Positions 18,959-28,994 of a stretch of 64,000 nt of DNA are shown here, one piece after another; position 1 is the first letter of the stretch; the number at the start of each line of letters is the position of its first letter. The notes below the pieces were generated by a model that did no database searches, was not told where the DNA came from, and saw nothing but the letters and a program-made list of their open reading frames with translations. The stretch is from a candidate division WOR-3 bacterium (GTDB lineage Bacteria > Hydrothermota > Hydrothermia > JBDRYB01). The translations under genes and the position numbers were made by a program. The DNA is taken from NCBI GenBank assembly GCA_039803205.1, contig JBDRYB010000003.1, positions 4,999-68,998 on the forward strand. Direction: 5' to 3'.

Positions 18959-19391
18959 ATTTATCCCCTGATTTCCTGCACTTGCCGCAAATTCCGTGGA
19001 TAACCACATCCATACCTAGTATCTCGTATCCCATCCTGTCAACGGCCTCTTTTAGGGCCTTCTCAGCCTCAGGAGCGTCTATTTCCTCTATTGCGCCGCA
19101 GTTGTCGCATATGAGGTGAAAGTGGCGCGGATGGCCAATCACATGCTCGTAAAGCCTTCCGCCCTTTCCAAACCTGTGTTCCTTTACCAAGCCAGCATCA
19201 ACCATGAGGGTGAGGGTCCGATACACGGTCGCGCGGGAGATGTTCTTCGCTCTCAGGAGGAACTGGAGCTCCTCCGCGCTGAAGTGCTCGTGCAGGGCAA
19301 AGACCCTCCTGGCTATCTCCTTTCTCTGGCCGGTTATCCTGTGGGCGTTCCGCCTCAGGAAATCAAGAAAAGCCGCCAGCTCCTCTTTCAT
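18957..19391 (-). CDS. fur: Fur-family metal-responsive transcriptional regulator (Fur/Zur/PerR)
   Basis: HHFHLICDNCG...CGKC metal-binding motifs and DNA-binding helix region; start trimmed to MKEELAAF, which overlaps the coaE stop by 4 nt. Confidence 0.8.
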   Translation of the reverse strand: MKEELAAFLDFLRRNAHRITGQRKEIARRVFALHEHFSAEELQFLLRAKNISRATVYRTLTLMVDAGLVKEHRFGKGGRLYEHVIGHPRHFHLICDNCGAIEEIDAPEAEKALKEAVDRMGYEILGMDVVIHGICGKCRKSGDK

Positions 19392-19981
19392 CCCTCTGAC
19401 CTCAGAAGCTCCAGGAGAACCTCCACCTGTCTTTCCAGCTCCTCCATGGAGCCCTTGTTCTCTATGACAAACCAAGCCCTCCGGGCCTTTTCCTCTTGGG
19501 GGATCTGGGCAGAAAGCATCCTTCGGACATCCTCCTCGGAGTATCCTGTCCTCCGCGCGGTGCGACGAACCATTTCCTCGGGATCGGAGGTGACCACAAC
19601 GACCCTGTCAAATAGCCCCTCAACACCGTATTCAAAAACGAGCGCCCCATCAACGAAAACGATTTCCCCTGGGGCCTCGTCCATGGCCTTGCCAACCAGA
19701 AAGGCTATCCGAGGCCTCATTATCAGGTTCAGCTTTCTGAGCTTGGAGGGATCAGAGAATATCTCCCTGCCCAGGCGCTTCCTGTCTACCTCGCCGGAAC
19801 CCGTGAAGAATTCGGGGCCGAACTCTGCCCTTATCCTGTCTTTTATATCGGGGGCCGTAATCACAGCGTGAGCTATCTTATCCGCGTCAACAATGGGGAA
19901 TCCCTTCTTTCTAAGGATCTCCGCGACCGCGCTCTTTCCGGAGCCGGTGTTCCCCGTTATGGCTATCTTAAGCTTTGCCAA
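19388..19981 (-). CDS. coaE: Dephospho-CoA kinase
   Basis: IAITGNTGSGKS P-loop and IVDADKIAH motif; probable TTG start. Confidence 0.8.
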   Translation of the reverse strand: MAKLKIAITGNTGSGKSAVAEILRKKGFPIVDADKIAHAVITAPDIKDRIRAEFGPEFFTGSGEVDRKRLGREIFSDPSKLRKLNLIMRPRIAFLVGKAMDEAPGEIVFVDGALVFEYGVEGLFDRVVVVTSDPEEMVRRTARRTGYSEEDVRRMLSAQIPQEEKARRAWFVIENKGSMEELERQVEVLLELLRSEG

Positions 19982-20819
19982 GGCGCTCTCTCCAGGCTTG
20001 GGATTGGATCCCCAAAAATGGCTGAAGCGCGCACTCGCAGGGTTCACGCTCACCTGCCCCCGCTCTGGCGACGAATTCCTCAACCAGAAGCCCTATCTCT
20101 TTAGCCCTCTCCTTCATGGCGATCTCAACCTCGGAGCCAGAGGGCCTGGCACCCCTTATGCCTGAGGCCATGTTAGCAACAACAGCGAGGCCAACGAAGC
20201 AGATCCCGAGCTCCTTGGCGAGGACCGCTTCCGAGGCCATCGTCATTCCGACAACATGCGCTCCAAGGGTTCCAAAAGCCCTTATCTCGGCCGGGCTCTC
20301 AAGCCTTGGACCGCGGGTCTGAATGTATGTTCCGCCGTCCCTAACCGGAAGGCCCATCTCCTTTATAACGGAAAGCAGGATCTTTCTGAGTGCGGGGCAA
20401 AAGGGCTCGGTAAAACTGATGTGAACCCCCACGCCTTTGTTAATGAGCGCTGAGATGGGATCGTCGCTTTCCGGGACCTCAGGGCCCCCAGGGCCGTCGT
20501 AGAATGTAGGGGGAGGATTGAGGTCAATTAGGTCATCAAGCACGAGGTAATCCCCTGGGCTCAGGCTGGGATCTATGCCACCAACAGACCCCACCGAGAG
20601 GATCGCTTTGGCGCCTTTGGAATAAAGCCCCCAGATGTTCGCCCTGTGAGGGACGCGATGAGCCAACCAAGCATGTTCCTCCCCGTGCCTTCCGAGAAAA
20701 AGGACCTCCTGCCCCGCTATCTCTTTTTGAATTATTGGGCCCGAGGTATTCCCAAAAGGGGTTCTCTCGGGTGGACCTGATATGCCGCTTATGCCGCTTC
20801 CAGTTATCACGCCTATCAT
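19968..20819 (-). CDS. mtnP: 5'-methylthioadenosine / purine nucleoside phosphorylase
   Basis: MIGVITGSGISG...NIWGL...VGMTMASEAVLAKELGICF matches the PNP/MTAP family. Confidence 0.8.
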   Translation of the reverse strand: MIGVITGSGISGISGPPERTPFGNTSGPIIQKEIAGQEVLFLGRHGEEHAWLAHRVPHRANIWGLYSKGAKAILSVGSVGGIDPSLSPGDYLVLDDLIDLNPPPTFYDGPGGPEVPESDDPISALINKGVGVHISFTEPFCPALRKILLSVIKEMGLPVRDGGTYIQTRGPRLESPAEIRAFGTLGAHVVGMTMASEAVLAKELGICFVGLAVVANMASGIRGARPSGSEVEIAMKERAKEIGLLVEEFVARAGAGEREPCECALQPFLGIQSQAWRERLGKA

Positions 20820-21904
20820 TCTCCCTCCAGGTATTTTCTGATTATTCGGTAGAGCTTAGCCAAAGAGGAAACCGAAACCCACTCCTCGTCTCCGTGGATG
20901 CCCCATCCCTCAGGGTAAGTTATCACGGTCGGTATTCCCTTCTCAGAGAAGAATCTGCCGTCCGTAGCGCCGTGCTCGTGGCCGGGGACCGGGGGATGGC
21001 CGAGAACCTCCTCCATGCACCTCGCGAATCTCACGAGGTGCGGCTCGTCCAGAGGGGTGTTGAATGGTTCGCCGGTTGACTCTACCTCGTAGCTGAGGCC
21101 GTGCCTCTCAGCGAGGTCTTTCACGGTCTCATCAACCCTGGCAACGCTCCAGGCCTCGGTGAACCTTATATCAAATGATGCCTCTGCCTCATCCGGAACG
21201 ATGTTGACCTTTTTCCCGCCTTTGATGAGACCTATGTTCAGGGTCTGGTGCCAGTGGCCCTCGTCTCCACAAGGCTCAGGCGTAGCGAAAACCCTCTTTA
21301 ATTCCTCGTAAAACCCGATTATTCTGTCTATGGCGTTATCCCCCGCCCAAGGAGCGGAACCGTGAACCGCCTTACCCTTAGCGAAAACCCTTATGTGAAA
21401 AGCGCCCTTACCCCTCGTGACCAGACTGAAATTGGGGCCGCCGTCCGGTATCACGACGAAATCCCCTGACCACCCTTCATCTCTGACTAGGTAAGCAACC
21501 CCGTTCGCACTGCCTATCTCCTCGTCCGTGGTCAGCATGAGGGCCGCAGAGGGGCACTTCCCCTCTCTGTAAAGGTCGCGAAAAACGGCCAGCATGACCG
21601 CTGAAGGCCCCTTCATGTCAAGGGCTCCCCTAGCATAGAGCTTGTCCCCTTCAAGGCGAGGCCTGAACTGCTCAGGCTTCGCGTCAACAACATCAAGGTG
21701 CGCCAGAAAGAGGGTTTCAGGCCTCTTGCCCTCCACGAAGCTCACGACCATGGAAGGCCTTCCCTCCCTCTCATACCTGTGCCGGATGAGGCCTTGTGGC
21801 AAAAAACCATCAGCTATACCGATAACCTTCTTGAGGGCCTCGGGGTTCTGAGCGACTGAAGGGACCTCCACGAGCTTGAGGGTCAGATTGAGCAGGTCGT
21901 CCAT
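20816..21904 (-). CDS. M20 family metallopeptidase (ArgE/DapE-like deacylase)
   Basis: HLDVVD, GALDMKG and EEIGS blocks; TATAAT 9 nt upstream of ATG. Confidence 0.7.
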   Translation of the reverse strand: MDDLLNLTLKLVEVPSVAQNPEALKKVIGIADGFLPQGLIRHRYEREGRPSMVVSFVEGKRPETLFLAHLDVVDAKPEQFRPRLEGDKLYARGALDMKGPSAVMLAVFRDLYREGKCPSAALMLTTDEEIGSANGVAYLVRDEGWSGDFVVIPDGGPNFSLVTRGKGAFHIRVFAKGKAVHGSAPWAGDNAIDRIIGFYEELKRVFATPEPCGDEGHWHQTLNIGLIKGGKKVNIVPDEAEASFDIRFTEAWSVARVDETVKDLAERHGLSYEVESTGEPFNTPLDEPHLVRFARCMEEVLGHPPVPGHEHGATDGRFFSEKGIPTVITYPEGWGIHGDEEWVSVSSLAKLYRIIRKYLEGE

Positions 21905-21973
21905 TCAGGGAAAATTATAAGGCATTAGCTCGGGAACAATCTAATCCGCGGGATATCGCTCGGGGGCCCTTGC

Positions 21974-22819
21974 TCATTCTATCCTCGCTTCTTCCACGAG
22001 CCTTATGAGGTTCTCATCCCCTGTTGACCTCGCTATCTCCAGGGCCAATGGCTTCTGGCCCCATCTGACGAGCCAATCCAGAGCAACCGGCAATTCCGGG
22101 CGATATTTCTCGGCAATGGCCCTGCGGTCATCCGGGTTCGCCTCCTCAAGTAGCCTCGCGAGGCGCTTGCCGGATGGGGGGCTTCCCTGTTTGAGCCATG
22201 TAGCGTATGCCCCGGGGAAAGGGGTTTTCACCCCGATGTAGCCTGTCGGAAAATCCGCGACAAACTCTAGGTAGGCAATCACATCCGAGGAATCAGTCTC
22301 CGAGAGAAGCCTGGCGAGGGTATCGCCGCTGAGCGTGAGGACATCCCTGTTGTATTCGGCAAAGAGCCTCGCGGATTCAACCATCTCCTTTATCAGGGTA
22401 TCCCGCCATCCAGGGGAGGCATCCATGACATCCTCCGGCCAGAAAAGGGTTCTGCCAGTATCATCGGTGAACCAGATGTATAGCCTCCCGAGGGTGAGAA
22501 TAGGGTCCTTGTTCCAGCCCCTTGCCGGCAGTTCCACCTTTATTTGCACGAGATCGCCCGGGCCCGGCCTCTCCCTTCCCCCCCTTGCCTTGACCTTTGC
22601 CCAGCCATCTCCTACCTCCTTTACCGTTCCCACCGCTATCATCTCCGTCTTACCCCAGACCCTGTAGAAACCCACATCAATTCCGGGCTTAACTCCCCAT
22701 TCCTTTCCCCGGTTTATCTCGCAGATGAGGCCCTGCGTGTCAACAACCTGGGCCATGATGTAGGCCTTCTCATATGGGGGCTGGGCTGAGAGTAGAGCGT
22801 GAAGAAGAAAGGAAATCAT
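21974..22819 (-). CDS. Hypothetical protein
   Basis: 281-aa ORF, weak signal-like N-terminus, no motif. Confidence 0.35.
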   Translation of the reverse strand: MISFLLHALLSAQPPYEKAYIMAQVVDTQGLICEINRGKEWGVKPGIDVGFYRVWGKTEMIAVGTVKEVGDGWAKVKARGGRERPGPGDLVQIKVELPARGWNKDPILTLGRLYIWFTDDTGRTLFWPEDVMDASPGWRDTLIKEMVESARLFAEYNRDVLTLSGDTLARLLSETDSSDVIAYLEFVADFPTGYIGVKTPFPGAYATWLKQGSPPSGKRLARLLEEANPDDRRAIAEKYRPELPVALDWLVRWGQKPLALEIARSTGDENLIRLVEEARIE

Positions 22820-23271
22820 AGCTTTCCTAGGAGTTCCTCAGCGCTTTCCGCATCTTCGTATCTGTGATGAGCCTCGCAGAGTTCCAAGGCCTTTTCAAGC
22901 TCTGCCCTGGCTTCCTCGCGCCTGTCTAGTTCTTTAAGCAGAATCCCCAGATTGATGTAAGCCGCTATGAAGTCCGGACTTATTCTTATTGCCTCGCGAA
23001 ATTCTCTTTCGGCTTCGCAATATTTTTTCAATTCCATGAGCGAAACACCCAAGTTGACATGCGCTGGGGCATGATCAGGTTCTATGCTTATTGCTTTCCG
23101 AAACTCCTCCTCAGCTCTCTGAAAATCCCTCTGAGCTAAAAAGCCCACTCCTAGCCTGTGGTGTATTTCGGCTCTTTTCCTCTTCACGATAAAAGACAGA
23201 AAACGAACAATAAGGAAGATAGCAAATGTTGATATAATCAATATGAGCGAGATAATCATCCTCTCCATCAT
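22816..23271 (-). CDS. Membrane-anchored TPR-repeat protein
   Basis: N-terminal TM then about three TPR units (AEEEFRKAISIEPDHAPAHVNLGVSL...). Confidence 0.5.
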   Translation of the reverse strand: MMERMIISLILIISTFAIFLIVRFLSFIVKRKRAEIHHRLGVGFLAQRDFQRAEEEFRKAISIEPDHAPAHVNLGVSLMELKKYCEAEREFREAIRISPDFIAAYINLGILLKELDRREEARAELEKALELCEAHHRYEDAESAEELLGKL

Positions 23272-23296
23272 TCTCCCTCCCTTTTGAACACCTCAC

Positions 23297-24358
23297 TCAT
23301 TGTCCCCCGCTCGTCCCCACCTTCGCCTCGCACTTCGTCTTTATCTTTATCATCTCGTCGCGCATCTTCCGGTTCTCCTTCGTGTCCTCCATCTCATCCA
23401 GAAGGTTGAGGACGAAGTTGGCGTATTCAAGGGCTTCCTCGTATTTCCCAACGCGATACTTTGCGTGAGCGCACCAGTATGTCGCTAGAAGCACATTGCG
23501 GGGCCTGTGTATCTGCTCGTTGAGGACCAGATAAACCAGCTCCGAGTATGTCTCCTCGGCCTCAGCCCACTTCCCGAGCCTGCGCTGGCATGTTCCCAGT
23601 AGCCAGCGGAATGTCCTGCTTTCCGGATACCTAGCGACGAGGTCCTTTGCCAGGGGATAAGCATCCTTTGCCCTTCCCTCGCCCAAATAGACCCAAACCA
23701 GGGAGAACTGCGCGAGGTCTCTGGTATAGTCCCCTTGACGCCAAGCCTTTTCAAGCTCCTCCATGCCCCTTTGCTTCCGGGTCTCTTTGTCCTTTATGAA
23801 GGGAAGCCAGGAGAGGGACTTTGGCAGTTCTGATATGGCGTAATCATACATGCCGAGGGGATAGTAAGCATCGTATATCGTGGAATCTGTCTGGAGGCAC
23901 AAGGCGAGGTTGTCAACAGCGTCCCAGGCTATCGTAACAGCAGAGGCAGGGTTTGCCCTCCCTTTTCTGAAAGCCTTGAAGCCAATGGCCGCGCCCTTGT
24001 AGAAGTATCCCCAAGCGAGACGACGGGTATCCCCGGATGATTTCGCGGATTTTATTATCGCGTCAGCCTTCTTTTCACCTGTTTTCAGGAGGTCATAGAA
24101 CTCCTTCTCCCTGGTGTTGACCTCGTAGTCAGCCATGTATAGGTCAAGGAGCGCGGCCTTTAGGATGTAGGGTATTGGCTCATCCGGATAATCAGAGATT
24201 ATCTCGTTCATGAGGGCCTCTGCCTGGGAGTAGCGCTCCCTCATCCCGTATTCCATAGCCTCCATCGTGCGGTCGTGGAGGGCCGGATCATCAGAGGACA
24301 GAAAAACCAAAGCTACCAGCACAGGAGAATTATAAGTCCGCGGGAAATCCCCGTTCAA
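23297..24358 (-). CDS. TPR-like repeat protein (probable true start GTG at 24322)
   Basis: Helical-repeat composition; TATAAT 7 nt upstream of an internal GTG that precedes a signal-like LVALVFLSS. Confidence 0.45.
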   Translation of the reverse strand: MNGDFPRTYNSPVLVALVFLSSDDPALHDRTMEAMEYGMRERYSQAEALMNEIISDYPDEPIPYILKAALLDLYMADYEVNTREKEFYDLLKTGEKKADAIIKSAKSSGDTRRLAWGYFYKGAAIGFKAFRKGRANPASAVTIAWDAVDNLALCLQTDSTIYDAYYPLGMYDYAISELPKSLSWLPFIKDKETRKQRGMEELEKAWRQGDYTRDLAQFSLVWVYLGEGRAKDAYPLAKDLVARYPESRTFRWLLGTCQRRLGKWAEAEETYSELVYLVLNEQIHRPRNVLLATYWCAHAKYRVGKYEEALEYANFVLNLLDEMEDTKENRKMRDEMIKIKTKCEAKVGTSGGQ

Positions 24359-25364
24359 CTAGCTGCGCGTAGAAATCCAGAATATCCTGCAGTGAATCCA
24401 AATTCAGCTTCTCTGGCTTAACTCCGAGGGCCCTCTTTATGGCGAGGGCCATGTCTCTTGGATCACCCGCCCTGAATGGGATAACTCCCTTTGGCCTGGG
24501 AACGGCATCCGAGGCCACAACCGGAACCCCCAGCTCAAGCGCCTCAGCCATGGAGAGTCCGAAGCTATCGGAGAATGTGGGCCTGAGGAATACCTGAGAG
24601 AGGGGAAGGCATGTGTAAAAGGGCTCCTCCGCGTTAAGCCTGATGACCACATCGTTTTCAAGCCCAAGCTCCCTCATTCTTTCCTTGAATAAACCGAAAA
24701 GTCGTTCCTCGCCTATTTGGGATAAATAGATTATCAACCCGGCTTTCGGGAGCTCCTCTCTCAGGAGCGATAGGGCTTCCAGGGTGGACAGCAGGCCGTA
24801 TAGGTCTGTCCGGTTCCATGATTTGAACAACAGCGCGGAGGTGCATAGCACGGGATGGTGAGATGACACGAAATCTCTGATAATGGGATGGGGTATTCCC
24901 CAGTCAGGTGGGGAGATGTATGGCCCTATGATCTCAACATTCCTCGCTCCCATCTCGGATAAACCGCGTGCTATTTCCTCGTTGACCGCGATGAACCAGG
25001 CCTTGGCCATCATGTATCTGAACTCCGGTTTTCTAATCAAGGATACATTCGGCGGATTCCTCATGCTGTGGACAGTGAATATCACCCTTTTCCCTCTGAG
25101 GCCCATTAGCGAAAGCCTCATCCTCGTTCCCCAGCCATGGGAGTGATAGTGAATTATACCCTCTCTCGCCCTGAATACAAACCGGTTGATCCACCTCCCC
25201 CTCAGGGGGAAGATGCCCTCCCCAGTGTGGTTTCCCGTATCATCGTAGACGGAGACCCTGAACCCCTTTTCCTTGAGCCTCGGGAACAATCTGAAGATGT
25301 GGGTAGATATACCTCCCCACGGCCTCGGCCAAGGCCCAACGAGAGCTAGGGAAGGCTTATCCAT
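24330..25364 (-). CDS. Glycosyltransferase family 4 (GT-B)
   Basis: C-terminal EALELGVPVVASD motif typical of GT4; overlaps upstream gene. Confidence 0.65.
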   Translation of the reverse strand: MDKPSLALVGPWPRPWGGISTHIFRLFPRLKEKGFRVSVYDDTGNHTGEGIFPLRGRWINRFVFRAREGIIHYHSHGWGTRMRLSLMGLRGKRVIFTVHSMRNPPNVSLIRKPEFRYMMAKAWFIAVNEEIARGLSEMGARNVEIIGPYISPPDWGIPHPIIRDFVSSHHPVLCTSALLFKSWNRTDLYGLLSTLEALSLLREELPKAGLIIYLSQIGEERLFGLFKERMRELGLENDVVIRLNAEEPFYTCLPLSQVFLRPTFSDSFGLSMAEALELGVPVVASDAVPRPKGVIPFRAGDPRDMALAIKRALGVKPEKLNLDSLQDILDFYAQLVERGFPADL

Positions 25365-27436
25365 CTTTCTCCCGAAAGGGCCTCGGATGCGGCGAGGGTC
25401 AAGAGGGTTGAGGAAACAGCCTCCTCAAACGCGAGGGGGACTGGCTCACGGCCGCGAATCAGGTTCGCTATAAGCCTAATCTGTTCCTTGTGGCCCTTGT
25501 CCTGATCCGGGAGCCTTATCTCCTTTTGGTCTTCCTCATAGAGGATCAGGGAGACGAAATCCTCCAGCACAGCGGATGATCCCTGACCCATCACCTCTAT
25601 CCTTTCTTTTGGCATTTTCCTGCTCCCGCGCCCCGAGTAGATCACCACCCCAAGCGAGCCGTCGGGCCACCCAACCGAAACCGTGAACTCGTCCTTGTTC
25701 CCAGTTGCTTCAAGAAGGGTGAAGTCCTTGCCGAACACGAACACGAGGTAATCCAAGAAATGACACCCCTCGCCTATAAGCCTTCCGCCCCCTATTTCCG
25801 GATCGTAAAGCCAGTGATCCAGAGGCAAGGCTCCGGCGTTAACCCTATAAACGAGGGTGGAGGGCCTGTGGGTCCTGATGAAACTCCGGAGCTCGGCCGA
25901 AAGAGGCGAATACCTTCTGTTGAATCCAACCACAACGGGCAATCCGGCCCTTCTCTGGGTTTCAATTATCCTCTCAAGCTGATGCGCGTTTATCGCGAGA
26001 GGCTTCTCAACGAACACGGGTTTGCCCGCCTCAAGCGCTTTTATGGTGATCTCCGCGTGGCTATCGTGTCTGGTAGTTATGAAGACCAGATTAACCTCAG
26101 GATCCTCCAGTGCCTCCTGAAGGGTTGAGGCGCTCGCCCCGTATATCCTTGATGTCTCAAGCGCTTTCTCCCCAGAGGAAGCGACCACATGCCTTATCTG
26201 AAAATCAGGGGAGCTGGCGAGGAGGGGGAGATGGGTCTCACGAGCAAACCTTCCTGGACCAACGAGGGCAACCCCTATTTTTCCGCGCGTTTTTGGGGCC
26301 GCGGCCTTTATTGGTGCGGGGATATTCTCCAGTTCATACGAGAAGAGTATGGCTATGGGCGGGTTTTCCTTCTCCAGCTCTGCATAGGCTTCCGCGGCAG
26401 AGGCGATCGGAAATATCCGTGGTTTAAGGTCTCTATATGGTAGCACAGAGCCTTCAGCAACGAGGCGAAGGAAGTGTTCCATGTTCCTCCTCTCGGTCCA
26501 GCGCACATACTTCAAAGGGTAATCTATTCCCTTTTCCTCGTATGTGGGGTCGTATCTCCCTGGCCCATATGAGGTTGCCATAACCAGCTCCAGCTCCTTC
26601 TCATACATGATCCTCCTATCCCCGGAGACCTCTGTGTTCCCCACGAGCACGACCCTCGCGCCTGGCCTGGCCATCTCAAAACCCAAATTGACCACATCTG
26701 AGCCGCCCCCAGATGTGCAAATGAGGACAGCATCAGCGCCTTGTCCTCCCGTAATTGTAGGAACAGCCCCCGCGGCCTCCTCAGGCCCAAAAACCTCAAA
26801 ACCCAGCTCCCTCGCCAGGCTGATCCTCTTCGGATTCCTTTCAACTCCTGTGACACGAAGACCTGATGCCCGGCCTATCAACGCCGCGAGGCTACCTATG
26901 AGGCCCAGGCCCACGATCGCGACCGTTTCGCCCATGCCGAGGCCAGCCCGCCTTAGGGCGTGGATGGCTATGGCTCCCACGGATACGAAAGCGGCATCTT
27001 TTGGATCAGCCCCCTCTGGCACGGGAACGCAGAGGTTCACTGGAACCGCGACCGTCTCCGCGTGATGGGCGAACTTCGTCCCCCCGCAAGCGACCCTCAT
27101 GCCTGGCATTATGCCTTCTACGCCCTGGCCTACGCCCACAACGATCCCCGAGAGGCTGTATCCAAGGGGTTTTGGCGACCGGGCTTTCTCGCTGAGCTTC
27201 TTGTAAGAGGATACTGCCTTGCCCCGAATTAGGCTTTCCGCGGCTTTGAGGATGAGGGATGGATCTTGCCGAATGCGGCCGACCAGGGTAGGGGAGTGCG
27301 CCGCGACCGTGCCCCTTTCGGTCCCTGAGCTCAAGAGAGAATACTCTGTCCTGACGAGAACCTCTCCCGGGCCCAGAAAAGGTTCAGGCACATCCACAAC
27401 CTCAACCCCCCCTGATCTGACTATGACCTTTCGCAT
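25346..27436 (-). CDS. Fused zinc-type alcohol dehydrogenase (MDR) + Gfo/Idh/MocA oxidoreductase
   Basis: N-terminal GroES-like/ADH (GLGLIGSLAAL Rossmann); C-terminal GVALVGPGRFARETHLP...EKPLA Gfo/Idh/MocA. Confidence 0.7.
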   Translation of the reverse strand: MRKVIVRSGGVEVVDVPEPFLGPGEVLVRTEYSLLSSGTERGTVAAHSPTLVGRIRQDPSLILKAAESLIRGKAVSSYKKLSEKARSPKPLGYSLSGIVVGVGQGVEGIMPGMRVACGGTKFAHHAETVAVPVNLCVPVPEGADPKDAAFVSVGAIAIHALRRAGLGMGETVAIVGLGLIGSLAALIGRASGLRVTGVERNPKRISLARELGFEVFGPEEAAGAVPTITGGQGADAVLICTSGGGSDVVNLGFEMARPGARVVLVGNTEVSGDRRIMYEKELELVMATSYGPGRYDPTYEEKGIDYPLKYVRWTERRNMEHFLRLVAEGSVLPYRDLKPRIFPIASAAEAYAELEKENPPIAILFSYELENIPAPIKAAAPKTRGKIGVALVGPGRFARETHLPLLASSPDFQIRHVVASSGEKALETSRIYGASASTLQEALEDPEVNLVFITTRHDSHAEITIKALEAGKPVFVEKPLAINAHQLERIIETQRRAGLPVVVGFNRRYSPLSAELRSFIRTHRPSTLVYRVNAGALPLDHWLYDPEIGGGRLIGEGCHFLDYLVFVFGKDFTLLEATGNKDEFTVSVGWPDGSLGVVIYSGRGSRKMPKERIEVMGQGSSAVLEDFVSLILYEEDQKEIRLPDQDKGHKEQIRLIANLIRGREPVPLAFEEAVSSTLLTLAASEALSGERWISLP

Positions 27437-27439
27437 TCT

Positions 27440-28150
27440 TCAGAAATACGCGCCAGCGCCGAAATAAAGCCCCCAGAGGTTGGAGTGGGATGTCACGGTA
27501 TCATCTCCGAACCTTGCGACCAGGCCCTGGCCCATAAAACCAAGGTTCAGGTATATTGGTTTATAGTGGTAAGAGAGCCCAATCTCTCCCGCGAAGCGCG
27601 CTCCTTCGCCCTCATCCGTATCCGTAGTCTGTCCCCAAGGATGATTGACGATCGTCCTCCTCTCCCCAGTAAAATAACCAATAGCTCCCCAGAACTTCGG
27701 GGAGAGGGCCATGTGCCGGGGCGGCATCTGATACCCAGCGGAAAAACCCAAGGAGTTCCCGTAGTGCCTGAATGTCAAGTTGCCCCACCACTGCTGGGAT
27801 TCCCATGTTTCGGAGTGATAGACGAAGAGAAGCCCCAAATAGAAGTCAGAGGGGTAGACCTTCCCTTCAAGCGCGAAATCCATTCTGTCAAGATCGGCCT
27901 CAACCTCTTCCACATCTCCTGTGTTGTGCTTGTGGACCTCCATAGAGGAAAAGCTCCCCGTGAGAAACTCAGCCCCTACGCCGAACATTCCAGAACGAAA
28001 GGAGCCATCAAATCCCCAAAGGGGGCCGGAGACCACTGCCCTGTCGTTGTCCTCCTGGTAAAAGCTCCACTCCGAGGGAACGACCGCTCGGAAGCCCCCT
28101 GAACCCGAAATCTGAAGAGGGTTCTGTGAGATGATTAAGATAACAAGCAT
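27440..28150 (-). CDS. Putative outer-membrane beta-barrel protein
   Basis: Alternating amphipathic beta pattern; C-terminal ...GAGAYF aromatic terminus. Confidence 0.4.
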   Translation of the reverse strand: MLVILIISQNPLQISGSGGFRAVVPSEWSFYQEDNDRAVVSGPLWGFDGSFRSGMFGVGAEFLTGSFSSMEVHKHNTGDVEEVEADLDRMDFALEGKVYPSDFYLGLLFVYHSETWESQQWWGNLTFRHYGNSLGFSAGYQMPPRHMALSPKFWGAIGYFTGERRTIVNHPWGQTTDTDEGEGARFAGEIGLSYHYKPIYLNLGFMGQGLVARFGDDTVTSHSNLWGLYFGAGAYF

Positions 28151-28151
28151 C

Positions 28152-28961
28152 TCAACTCTCCTTTGTTATATCCGAGAGCGCGTGAGAGAGCTCTCTGAGC
28201 TCCCTAACGAGGCGCCTGAACCCGGCGAAATCCAAGGCCTGCGGACCGTCAGATAGCGCTTCATCAGGCCTCGGGTGAACCTCAACCATTACCCCGTCCG
28301 CGCCAGCCGCCAGCGCGGCCCTTGCCATTGGTATAACGAGGTTTCTGCGCCCTGTTCCGTGGCTCGGATCAACTATCACTGGGAGGAATGTTTTCTCCTT
28401 GAGCAAGGGCACAGCCGCCAGGTCCAAGAGATTCCTGGTTTCATTATCGAAACCCCTCACCCCTCGCTCGCAGAGGATTATCCTCTTCTCCCCAGAAAGC
28501 ATAACATATTCGGCTGACCAGAGAAACTCCTTCAAGCTTGCCATCATCCCTCTTTTGAGGAGAACGGGCTTGCCCGCCTTGCCCACATCCTCAAGGAGCC
28601 TGTAGTTGAACATGTTTCTAGAGCCGATCTGGAATATATCAATGACCGGGGCCAGGAGGGACATATCCTCACGGGACATGACCTCTGAGACGACCTGGAG
28701 CCCGAACCTTTGTTTTGCCTCCGCTATTATCGGCAGGGCATCCCCTCCAAGGCCCCTGAAAGAATACGGTGATGTCCTCGGCTTGAAGATCCCCGCGCGC
28801 ATTATCCTTATCCCTTCCTCGGAGATAAGCTGAGCTATCTCAATAAGGCTCTCACGGGACTCAACCGCGCACGGTCCGGCTATGACCGTGAAACCCTGGC
28901 CGAGGCTCCATCGGCCCTCGGATGAATGGCCTTTTCCGAGAACAAGCTCCGGTTCCTGCAA
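28152..28961 (-). CDS. 3-deoxy-7-phosphoheptulonate (DAHP) synthase, class I-beta (KDO8PS-like fold)
   Basis: FTVIAGPCAVES...KPRTSPYSFRGLG...DPSH matches Thermotoga/Pyrococcus-type DAHPS; TTG start 8 nt after TTATAAT. Confidence 0.7.
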   Translation of the reverse strand: MQEPELVLGKGHSSEGRWSLGQGFTVIAGPCAVESRESLIEIAQLISEEGIRIMRAGIFKPRTSPYSFRGLGGDALPIIAEAKQRFGLQVVSEVMSREDMSLLAPVIDIFQIGSRNMFNYRLLEDVGKAGKPVLLKRGMMASLKEFLWSAEYVMLSGEKRIILCERGVRGFDNETRNLLDLAAVPLLKEKTFLPVIVDPSHGTGRRNLVIPMARAALAAGADGVMVEVHPRPDEALSDGPQALDFAGFRRLVRELRELSHALSDITKES

Positions 28962-28994
28962 GAGGAAAATTATAAGGCCGTGCTGGGCGCTAAT

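Noticed and set aside
26544-27065. 173-aa + strand ORF inside the oxidoreductase gene
   Set aside because: Antisense shadow ORF with Pro/Ala/Ser-rich composition.
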